Of a stretch of 64,000 bases of DNA, positions 1 through 8,705 are shown piece after piece. The notes beneath the pieces were generated by a model, which was given only the letters and a program-made list of their open reading frames with translations, had not been told where the DNA came from and searched no databases. Made by a program: the position numbers and the translations under genes. The number at the start of each line of letters is the position of its first letter. The first letter of the stretch is position 1. Location of the stretch: the IMG/VR virus record IMGVR_UViG_3300029984_000001, positions 186,001 to 250,000 of that record. The stretch is one strand, 5' to 3'.

Positions 1-674
1 GGTTTATACATCTTACGACCTCCAGTTCTTAGATCTTCAAATATTTCTTTTTCAAATATTGCTAAATGTTTTAAAAGAGTAATTTGATCGAAGTTCTCTG
101 TGTTTAAGACATCTTCATACATAATTTGTTTTAATCTTTTTTGGGTAAATTTATTAGTGATAGATTTTTGCATTGCTAATCCCTTAATATCGAAATAACC
201 ACCCTTTATTAAATTTCCTTCTTGTATTTCTTGTATAGAAGCATAATTTTTTTTAACACCAGATAACAATATGGTCTTAAATAAGAATTCATTCTTCATA
301 ACAATAAGACATTCTTTTCCTTCTGCCCATGAGTGAGTATTCTTAGTGTATCTTTCCATATAATCATTAACAAAGTGTGTCAAGCAATAAGACATTATAT
401 TTATTATAGAATATCTAACCCCTTCTTGTGGAATAACCTTTAAAGGGTTTATCATCTTCTTCATTTGTATTACTTCATCATCATAGAATGAATAATCCAA
501 TTCATCTTCTACTCTTTCCATAAATTTAATAGGTTTAATAACATCACCAAATTCATCTTCTTTTAGTCTTTCCATGAAATCTATTGGAGTGTGTTTAATC
601 TTTAAATCCAAATCTTTTATCTTTGTAAGAGAGTATTGATAGAATGGATCTAAGCTCAATATTGAACTATCTGT
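1..674 (-). CDS. Family B DNA polymerase, exon 2 (runs off window start)
   Basis: Manual translation from 674 downward is open to base 1: TDSSILSLDPFYQY...MKNEFLFKTILLSGVKKNYASIQE...FDIKGLAMQKS (PolB KKNY and D-IKG motifs). Joined to exon 1 it restores ITD|TDS. Confidence 0.92.
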
Positions 675-1402
675 CGATTTTAGACTATATCATTTACCTA
701 TAACGAAATATATAGGCAACCTTCCACTTCCATTTAAAAAACTCTTATATCCTTATCACGGAACGGTTTTACTTATATAAAATATATAAGCTGTACTCTA
801 CTTGCTTCGTGTATTATTTCTAATACCTTATTTTCAACTAAAGAATTTCGACTTTAGTATATAGCTTTCGATAGTCGTTGAACAAAAATAAAATAACAAT
901 TTTAAAATTTATAATTTTTAGATACATCAATCCATAATATTCTATATTTAATTTTATATAGTAATTGTTTATACTTATTTCTATATCAAACCATTCTTTT
1001 ATTTTTTCTACTAAGATATGTATCTTTATTCATTATATCTCCCGAATTACTTACGAAATAATAATCTTTTACTATTGGTAAATATAATGATATTTGTCTC
1101 CATTCTTCTTGTAAATGTATTTGATCTCTTACCATGAATTGTTTATTCATATTTTCACCTCCTTCTTTGTAAGCTATCTAAAAATAAATTAATTGTTATT
1201 TTATTTCTGATGCTGATTATCCCTTGTTAATAACACTTAGCACCTTTACAGGCTTTTATTTCAGCTTATGTCAGGTTCATATATTGTTTTTACTTTCGTA
1301 ACCATTTCTCTTATAATTATGGTTTATGAACATTTGGGGAACTTCCAGCAATTCAAAAGGTTATTCGACTCTATATTACTATAGAGAAGGGACACAGAGT
1401 TT
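675..1402 (-). mobile_element. Group I self-splicing intron in DNA polymerase (728 nt)
   Basis: Minus strand shows P (AATTGCTGGAA), Q (AATCAGCA), R (GTTCAACGACTA, ~872-883) and S (ATGATATAGTCT, ~682-693) elements. The 5' exon ends in U and the intron ends in G. IGS UCUGU-GUCC pairs with 3' exon ACAGA (P10) and 5' exon GGAU (P1, U-G wobble). Confidence 0.92.
986..1150 (-). pseudogene. Truncated NUMOD4/HNH homing endonuclease remnant inside the DNA polymerase intron
   Basis: RBS GGAGGTG, then MNKQFMVRDQIHLQEEWRQISLYLPIVKDYYFVSNSGDIM...KRMV* (54 aa). EEW..I....Y.VSN.G is a NUMOD4-like start; there is no HNH motif. Confidence 0.7.
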
Positions 1403-2464
1403 ATCCGTTATACACACGACACTTCTAATCATATTATTGTACTTCTCGAGCCTGTTGAAATATTGAAACTTATAATATACATATTCTTCTAATAAATCTT
1501 TAAAGTATTCTAGTTCTTTTGAACCTAGACCACCATCAGGAAATTTTTTCTTATCAAATCCTGGTAATACATTAGGGTCCATATAAGGAGTATTCAGTTT
1601 TTGTAATATATCCATAAAAGCTTTATTTACATGAGGATTCTCTAAGAAATCATATAGATTATTCTTATAGTAAATTCTATTTACATTCTCTTGATTTAAA
1701 CCACATATAATATTGTATATAATATCACAATCTTTTTTAGATGGCACATAATTAAATCCACAAGTTCCTATTATTTTAGCGAAACAAGAATCTGCTGATA
1801 TATTTTCTGATAATATTATTTCATCCTTTAATTTTCTATCTACACTTTCACAAATAATATTATCTATAAATGTAATCACTTCATTTAAGCATTCAAACTT
1901 AACGTTGTTCGCTAAGAAAGCTTCAAAGAATAATCCTGCTGAGGATATACAACTCTTCGCTTGAGTAGTTATTGAAGAAGCAACATGTAAATCATATAAA
2001 ATGCAACTATATTGACCCAAGCATCCGTATAACGAATTCGTATCAATTTTAAATAGTAATTGAAGAAGATTATACTTTTCAAATTCTTCTGAACCCTTAG
2101 GGAATTTGAACATTGTGTTCTTAGCTTTCTTTCTATTATCAAGATAAGAAGAAATTAGTGGTATTAAAGGATTTCTACAATCTGCGTGCCGTTTAAAAAG
2201 CACTCCAGAAGCACACATTATAGGTTCTCTTGCTATTATATATTCTATTACATCTAGTAATGTACTATTAACAGTTTTTTCTGTATAACTATTATACAGT
2301 TTAGCTGTAGGGTTATTAAATCTTTTTCCTATAGAACTATCTACAGCACTTTCTAAATCATTCTTACTTAATCCTGGAAAATTTAAAGGTAACATTCTTA
2401 GTGCTACCTCTTTATATTTCTTAATAATCTGCTTATTGTCTAATTCTAAAGCACCACAAGCCAA
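1403..2464 (-). CDS. Family B DNA polymerase, exon 1 (phiKZ/AR9-type polymerase domain)
   Basis: KIDTNSLYG (PolB KxxxNSxYG motif); ends ...SVVCITD at the intron; TTG start after AAGGAG. The ORF-track tail KLCVPSL is intron sequence. Confidence 0.92.
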
Positions 2465-2490
2465 TTTTAACCAACTCCTTTTTTGTATTA

Positions 2491-2502
2491 TAATATGAAG
2501 TT
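2491..2502 (-). promoter_or_regulatory. AAC-N-N6-TA promoter (AACT-N6-TA) for DNA polymerase
   Basis: Matches the recurring AAC(A/T)-N6-TA motif, ~27 nt upstream of the start codon. Confidence 0.5.
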
Positions 2503-2540
2503 GACTTATAATTCATTTTCAATTATACCTTAAAATAGGT

Positions 2541-2552
2541 AACATTATAATA
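2541..2552 (+). promoter_or_regulatory. Late-type promoter AACA-N6-TA
   Basis: AACAttataaTA upstream of 2606; same consensus as AR9 late promoters. Confidence 0.6.
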
Positions 2553-2605
2553 AATTGTATTAAATACAAGTAAATATTATATATAATAACAAGGAGGAAT
2601 TTCTC

Positions 2606-3082
2606 ATGGGAAGATACACAGCTGACAATATGTATACATCAAACCAACAATCATTAGAAGAAAGTTTTCAATTGGAAGCCATTGATGAATCAATGACTCT
2701 TAGTCCAGAAGGTGTTAGAGAGTTTAATGAAAGTTATTTATGTTATGAATTATCATGTCTATCTGAGGCAAAGATTCAACAATTCTTAGAATCTGCTGAA
2801 TGTATGGCAATGCTTGAAAAAGGATTAATTGGTAAAAAGACAATGGTTAGACTTTCTAAAGTAGATGACTTAGAAAGAAGAACATCAATGGCTTGTATCC
2901 AATTAGCAAAAGAAAAGAATGATCCTTTATTTGATAAGTTGGCTCTTAATAGAGTTAAAGAAAGACAGCTATTATCAGCTATTGAAACAAGATATGCCAA
3001 TCCTGCTAAGAGAGCTGCAACTATTCAACAAAAAGAACACATCCAAAATTCTAGACTTCCAATTGGATATGCTAGAAAATAA
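2606..3082 (+). CDS. Putative virion (head) protein
   Basis: 158 aa with RBS AAGGAGG, a late-type promoter, and an acidic N-terminus with L/I-x-E motifs (LEE, IDE, LSE). Confidence 0.5.
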   Translation: MGRYTADNMYTSNQQSLEESFQLEAIDESMTLSPEGVREFNESYLCYELSCLSEAKIQQFLESAECMAMLEKGLIGKKTMVRLSKVDDLERRTSMACIQLAKEKNDPLFDKLALNRVKERQLLSAIETRYANPAKRAATIQQKEHIQNSRLPIGYARK

Positions 3083-3146
3083 TATAATTAATAAATTGGA
3101 TAGTGGTAAAACACTATCCATATTTTATGACCAATATATAATATAA

Positions 3147-3159
3147 TTATATATTATAC
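3147..3159 (+). promoter_or_regulatory. Early-type promoter TTATATATTATAC
   Basis: One of ~12 copies of TT(G/A)TATATTATA found just upstream of operons. Confidence 0.65.
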
Positions 3160-3223
3160 ATATGAGAACAAAGTAATAGAATACATTAGAAGAAGTATTT
3201 ATTTTAATGAAGGAGAGATTATT

Positions 3224-3779
3224 ATGAAAACAGTGCTAACAACACTCAAATTTCCAGAAGGAGAATTTTATTCAAATGTTATATTAACAGAATATGAAGA
3301 TATCTTTAGACTAAGAGAAATATACACATCATGGAGAGAACTATGTAACATGTCGATTAACTTAGGTTTTAGAGCTAATAATATTCCAGATATATTAGGT
3401 ATATCTTTATTTTGTATACAAAATAATGCTTTAAGAATCCCTAATAAAAATAAAAGAGTATCATATACATTTAATTGTTATAAAAATGAAAAATGTATTC
3501 AGGTTAGATCGTGTGCGACTAAAACTGATTTAACCTCTTTTGGTAAAAATGATGTATATGATATATTTGTTTTTATAGACTTTTATAGAAAAGGAGAATG
3601 GGATGGAAGTTTTGATATTTATGAAATTCCAGCTTATGTCTTATATGAGGCTAAGGTTAATTCTACAAAATCATTAGCAGAACAACAACAAGAGGGGAAA
3701 ACGATCTAGATTTAGTATAAAAGAAAAAATAATAGAAAAAGGTTTATATCTAAATAGATCAACTTATAATTTATTTTAA
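3224..3779 (+). pseudogene. Bsp6I-family type II restriction endonuclease homolog, frameshifted and apparently catalytically degenerate
   Basis: WRELC..GFRANNIPD, DLTSFG, FIDFYRKGEWDGSFDIYEIP and KVNSTKSLAEQQQEG resemble Bsp6I-family proteins. Removing one A from 3698-3701 continues as KRSRFSIKEKII...YNLF* to 3779. Confidence 0.7.
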
Positions 3780-3799
3780 TGAAGGAGTGTGTAAAATAT

Positions 3800-5203
3800 A
3801 TGAGTTTATTGTCTGATAAATTCAAAGAACATCAAATGAAAATAAATAAAGATAAAGAGAATTGTGAAGTAAAATATTCAGAGAGTGATCGTATTAATGA
3901 TATTCTGGATAAATTATATTTTGGTAAAGAAGAGTGTAAAGATATGGGTTTAATAAGAGATACATTTTTAAGAAAAAGTTTAACAAGAGGAGGTTCATGT
4001 AATGTGAATCACTTTTTTATGGAGAATACTATAGATGAAACTATTGAAAGATTATTTGGAATATTTGTAAATAGCGATAATAATGATAATATAATAACAT
4101 CTACAAACGAAAATATACCAGAACCAATAAATGTAGGAGTAGCAGGATATATTTCTGATAATAGTATTAAAAATATGATAGATAATTGGCTTAATGAAGT
4201 GAAATATAGTAAAAAAGAAAATATGGTGCAAACTATTATGGAAATTGCAAATAAAACTTTATTAGATGAATTTATATTAGACACAATTCCTAATCTAAAT
4301 AAATATTTGATTTATGATAAAAGTAGAATCATTATACATGATGATATTGAATCATGTAGTATGTCTAAATTAAAAATGAAAGATGAATTCGCATTTAAAG
4401 GAAAATTAATTAATGATAAAAAGAAAACATATGATTTATTCGCATCTTATCATATATCTCCAAATTCAATATATGATTATGATAAAAGTTCAATATATTG
4501 GAAAGATTCAGAAGGATCTAGATTGGTATCAGATAATTTTAATATTAAATTAAAAAAGGATCAACTTGTTTATATAATATGGGATAAATCAGTTTATGTA
4601 GCATCAGGAGATGGTTTTCCAAAATTTAAATATTGTTGCGAATCTGGGAATCTTAATATAAATATAGACGCATTTATGAATGATCGTTCATATAATAGAA
4701 ATGGACATTACTATGGTACTGGAAGTAATTCTTCAAAAGATATAGTTATCATTGAACTTGAACAATTTGATTCAATGTCTATTAAAGAAAAGAAAAACTT
4801 ATTTCCTAACTCAGCAGAAGAATTTGTCAGTGAATGTAATAATAGTTTTACTAAGAGAATAAATGATAACTTATCTTGTATATATTCTAATAAAGGTTGG
4901 TATAATAATGTATATGTATATGTGGATAATTGTGTTATAAAAGAAGAATGGGATGGAAATATAGATTCTCTAAAATATATATATGAAGTGTGTAGATATA
5001 ATAGGAACCCTACATTACATCACACTGATTACATAAATCCTTTTAAAATTACAAGTAATGGGTATAAAGTTAAATCACCTTCAGAAGCATTTTTCGAGAT
5101 GTACCCAAATAATATATTACCAGATAATAATAAACCTAAATCATTATCTGAAATAATAGAAAGAAAAACCAAGAAACCTATATATTCAAAAAGGAGAGGA
5201 TAA
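3800..5203 (+). CDS. Hypothetical protein
   Basis: Long ORF; ATG at 3800 follows AAGGAG. Confidence 0.75.
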   Translation: MSLLSDKFKEHQMKINKDKENCEVKYSESDRINDILDKLYFGKEECKDMGLIRDTFLRKSLTRGGSCNVNHFFMENTIDETIERLFGIFVNSDNNDNIITSTNENIPEPINVGVAGYISDNSIKNMIDNWLNEVKYSKKENMVQTIMEIANKTLLDEFILDTIPNLNKYLIYDKSRIIIHDDIESCSMSKLKMKDEFAFKGKLINDKKKTYDLFASYHISPNSIYDYDKSSIYWKDSEGSRLVSDNFNIKLKKDQLVYIIWDKSVYVASGDGFPKFKYCCESGNLNINIDAFMNDRSYNRNGHYYGTGSNSSKDIVIIELEQFDSMSIKEKKNLFPNSAEEFVSECNNSFTKRINDNLSCIYSNKGWYNNVYVYVDNCVIKEEWDGNIDSLKYIYEVCRYNRNPTLHHTDYINPFKITSNGYKVKSPSEAFFEMYPNNILPDNNKPKSLSEIIERKTKKPIYSKRRG

Positions 5204-5206
5204 AAT

Positions 5207-5689
5207 ATGAAAGACAATAATGATATTACATTAAAATACTATAGTATAAAAGCACCAGAGGATGTGCATAAAAAGATATTAGAAATGACCAATGATGATA
5301 ATTCTACGTGGATTGCACCTATATTTTCATATACAGATAGTATTAGGGATAAAGATATTCTTAGAAATTTGTATGCTTCATGTGTACAAGAAGATTGCCA
5401 AGAAGATTATGGTTGTGGAACAGAAGAACAAGAATTTGAAAATTATGATAATATCTGTGATACTTTATGTAATTTAGAACCATCATTTGGATATAGATGG
5501 TATGATAATTGTATAGATGAAGAATCTAAAGATACTAATATTAAAAATGGTAAAAAGGTATGGTCATTTGTTCATGATCTTATTAATAGAGACGATATCA
5601 ATGGTGAACAAACATTAAAAATTAAAGTTGGAAATTTTGAAAAGTCAGTAGAAAATATAATAGCAGGTTTATGTATAATACTAAAATAA
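5207..5689 (+). CDS. Hypothetical protein
   Basis: 160 aa ORF with RBS AGGAGAGG. Confidence 0.7.
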   Translation: MKDNNDITLKYYSIKAPEDVHKKILEMTNDDNSTWIAPIFSYTDSIRDKDILRNLYASCVQEDCQEDYGCGTEEQEFENYDNICDTLCNLEPSFGYRWYDNCIDEESKDTNIKNGKKVWSFVHDLINRDDINGEQTLKIKVGNFEKSVENIIAGLCIILK

Positions 5690-5710
5690 ATAATTTTAAG
5701 GGGGATAAAA

Positions 5711-5896
5711 ATGTCAAAATTAGAAATACAAAAATATGGTGATAAAGATGGAGATATCCTATTATTTTATCAACTTGCAGAACAAAGAACAATTTTAAAC
5801 AATAGTCTTATTAAAGTTGGTAAAGATAAAAAGATTATAATAAATAACGGAGTAAATAACTTTGATCTAACAATAGAAATTCAAGATAATTTATAA
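5711..5896 (+). CDS. Small hypothetical protein
   Basis: 61 aa ORF with RBS AAGGGGG. Confidence 0.6.
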   Translation: MSKLEIQKYGDKDGDILLFYQLAEQRTILNNSLIKVGKDKKIIINNGVNNFDLTIEIQDNL

Positions 5897-5909
5897 TTGT
5901 ATATTATAC
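5897..5909 (+). promoter_or_regulatory. Early-type promoter TTGTATATTATAC
   Basis: Directly upstream of the RNAP beta'C gene. Confidence 0.65.
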
Positions 5910-5924
5910 TTATGAGGTGATAGG

Positions 5925-8045
5925 ATGAAAAGCGAATTTATTGATGACATTATACAAGACTTGAATGACATAGTTTTATACTATGATAACTATTATGTAT
6001 TTGCAGATTTTGCAAAAAATAAACAAATGATATTTGATGTAAGAACACTAAATATCAATAATTATGATGCTCATTATACTGGTATATTGAATCTGATGAA
6101 AGATACAATAGAAACAGAATATATGACAGATTACATGATTACATTAAAATTCGATGAAGATAAGTACTGTAAAATGAGTATACCTGATTTATGGATGAAT
6201 CTTATAATGTGGTATATCATAGTAAAGACAAATAGAGTAATTAAACCTAAATACATATTCTTTGAAGATTGTATCACAAAGAAAAACATTAAAGAGTACA
6301 TAGACAATTATCTTATAGATGAGTATACTACATCTATTGATATTATTGATTTAAATAATATTATTGATGATTGTCTTCATAAACTGTTAGATATTAATGA
6401 ATTTAGTATGTTCCTAGCTAATACTATCAACTTGGAAGACTTCGTAATACTAATGAATGAAGATCCAAGATTTAATGAATGTATACATGCCAATATAGGA
6501 AAAGACGTTCCTTTAGATGAAATAAAGAATGTAGGAATGGATTATACTATGGAAGCTGTAGAAAGAATTAAACAATCTAAACATGGATTGGCTAGTTTCT
6601 TTAGGGCACAAGAAGGAATTAATACGAAACAGTTTAAAGAGTTTGGTATCAATATTGGTACTAAACCAGACGGTATGGGTGGGATATTTCCTACAGTAGT
6701 AAATACAAACTTCTTAATTGGAGGTGTAAATGATTTACTATCATACCACATAGAATCCCATAGTGGGCGTCTTGCTCAAATAATAGTCGAAGATAACGTA
6801 TCCGATTCAGGATATTTTGCTAGACTATTGGGTATCAATAATATAGATTCTTTTAACCACGAAGATCCAAATTATGATTGTGGAACTAGAAATTTCGTAC
6901 CAGTTACTATAACTAGAAAGAATATAAGATTATACAATTCAAGGTTTTATAGAATGACTCCCAATGGTATGGAATATCTATTAAAAGAAACTGATACACA
7001 TTTATTTGACAAGACAATATTTTTACGTTCTCCAATGACATGTCGTTCTCATGTAGAAGGACATGGCATTTGTTATAAGTGTTATGGTCATCTAGCTTAT
7101 ATAGTTAGATTAATCAATGCAGGAAAAATAGCAGCAGAATTAATGTCATCTGAATTAACTCAAAAAATGCTATCTGCTAAGCATTTATTGGAAGCCGCAG
7201 TAAGAGCACTAATATGGAGTACAGGATTTGTTGACTATTTTATAGTCGATTGGAATAATTTGAAATTGAAACCTGATGTTGATTTTACTAATTGTAAACT
7301 TGTTATTGCAGCTAATACTATATGGATAGATTCTGAAGAAGAAGATGAAATGAGTGGGGAAATGAGAGAATATATTCCTAATTTCCATATTCAACTATCA
7401 GATGGTAATAGAATACAAATAAAAACTGCTGATTGTAATGACTTGTTTTTAACAGCTGATTTAAATAACTCTATAAGAGAATATGGAATACCTGGAGATA
7501 ATCATGAAATATTGATAGATCTAGATAAACTTAAAGGTTTACCTTTGTTCTCTGTAGATAATATTAATAACGATCTAAATGATACGTTAAATAAAATCAG
7601 AAAAACTATCAACCATAAAGATACAACAGAAGGTTTCAATATGCAACAAATTCTGGAAACATTACTGCATAATTTAGGAGAAGGAGGAATGCATTTATCA
7701 TCCGTACATGCAGAAACAATTATATCTAATCAAATCAGAAGTACAGATTTTATATTAGATAGACCCGATTGGAGTGTTCCTAATCAGAAATATAGAATAC
7801 TTGCACTTAAAACAGCTTTAACAAACCATCCTTCAATTAGTGTTACTATGGCATTTGAAGGTATTAAGGCTGCATTATACAATCCATTAACTTTTAAGAA
7901 GAATAAACCTAGTTTCTTAGATTTATTCTTTGTAGTAAAACCACAAGAATACCTTTCAGATAAAACAAAAGTTACTAAAACAACTTTTGGTGATAAAGAT
8001 TCGACTGGGAAAACGATATTTATGAAACGTGATAAATTAGAATAA
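5925..8045 (+). CDS. Multisubunit RNA polymerase beta' C-terminal subunit (probably non-virion RNAP)
   Basis: DSGYFARLL (bridge helix), LRSPMTC...GICYKCYG (Zn site) and GKIAAELMSSELTQKMLSAKH (trigger loop). The ~700 aa size and early-type promoter favour the non-virion enzyme. Confidence 0.92.
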   Translation: MKSEFIDDIIQDLNDIVLYYDNYYVFADFAKNKQMIFDVRTLNINNYDAHYTGILNLMKDTIETEYMTDYMITLKFDEDKYCKMSIPDLWMNLIMWYIIVKTNRVIKPKYIFFEDCITKKNIKEYIDNYLIDEYTTSIDIIDLNNIIDDCLHKLLDINEFSMFLANTINLEDFVILMNEDPRFNECIHANIGKDVPLDEIKNVGMDYTMEAVERIKQSKHGLASFFRAQEGINTKQFKEFGINIGTKPDGMGGIFPTVVNTNFLIGGVNDLLSYHIESHSGRLAQIIVEDNVSDSGYFARLLGINNIDSFNHEDPNYDCGTRNFVPVTITRKNIRLYNSRFYRMTPNGMEYLLKETDTHLFDKTIFLRSPMTCRSHVEGHGICYKCYGHLAYIVRLINAGKIAAELMSSELTQKMLSAKHLLEAAVRALIWSTGFVDYFIVDWNNLKLKPDVDFTNCKLVIAANTIWIDSEEEDEMSGEMREYIPNFHIQLSDGNRIQIKTADCNDLFLTADLNNSIREYGIPGDNHEILIDLDKLKGLPLFSVDNINNDLNDTLNKIRKTINHKDTTEGFNMQQILETLLHNLGEGGMHLSSVHAETIISNQIRSTDFILDRPDWSVPNQKYRILALKTALTNHPSISVTMAFEGIKAALYNPLTFKKNKPSFLDLFFVVKPQEYLSDKTKVTKTTFGDKDSTGKTIFMKRDKLE

Positions 8046-8100
8046 ACGTTGCATAAAATATAAACTTAAGAAAGTTAACAAAGATGGGAGTATATAAAAA

Positions 8101-8364
8101 ATGAGTAAACTTAAGAATCAAACTGCATTGAAAAAACAATACGAAAGAAGAGAAATATTTTCTAGTTTTAAATATTCAATTATGAATATTTTCGTAGGAG
8201 ATAAAATAGAAGTAACGCTTAAACTTGGAGAAAATAAAATCCTTAGTACATTATCAGGACAAGTATCAAAGATCTTTAAAGATTCTTTAGAACTTACTGA
8301 TACAAGATTAAATAAAGTTGAAATTTATATAAACCAAGTACATAAAATCAAAAAACTCAGATAG
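8101..8364 (+). CDS. Small hypothetical protein, possible Sm/SH3-like beta-barrel
   Basis: GDKIEVTL...LSGQVSKIFKDSLELT...VEIYINQVHKIKKL. Confidence 0.55.
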   Translation: MSKLKNQTALKKQYERREIFSSFKYSIMNIFVGDKIEVTLKLGENKILSTLSGQVSKIFKDSLELTDTRLNKVEIYINQVHKIKKLR

Positions 8365-8371
8365 TTTAAAA

Positions 8372-8399
8372 TGTGGGTGGGGTAATTCCCACACCACAT
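8372..8399 (+). terminator. Stem-loop after 8101-8364
   Basis: GC-rich imperfect inverted repeat TGTGGGTGGG...CCCACACCACA. Confidence 0.5.
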
Positions 8400-8512
8400 A
8401 TCTTATGATTACATTACATAGGATTATCCTATTTTTGTAAATATAAAAAATTATAATTGTATATTATAATAGTGAATGAATATATAATATTAATTATAAA
8501 GGAGAGATTAAT

Positions 8513-8689
8513 ATGATTAAAACTTTAGTAAAAAAGTTATGTGTAAAACTATTAAACGAAATGGAAGGAGATTACACATATAATAATGAAAAAAATATTA
8601 ATTATACTAACCCTTTACAAGATAGAGAAAGGAGAAGAAAAGAATTAGCTCAAACTATATCAAAACATATTGTACTTAAAAAATGTTAA
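8513..8689 (+). CDS. Small hypothetical protein (58 aa, not in ORF track)
   Basis: Early motif at 8457-8469, RBS AAGGAG, MIKTLVKKLCVKLL...VLKKC*. Confidence 0.6.
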   Translation: MIKTLVKKLCVKLLNEMEGDYTYNNEKNINYTNPLQDRERRRKELAQTISKHIVLKKC

Positions 8690-8705
8690 TTTAAAATAAT
8701 TAAAA

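Noticed and set aside
1379-1402. Polymerase and RNAP ORF tails (KLCVPSL; KPHHCSLL...CWNALVS at 37585-37665) as real C-termini or intein starts
   Set aside because: They are read-through into group I intron sequence. There is no intein C-terminal HN motif, and splicing restores the catalytic motifs exactly.
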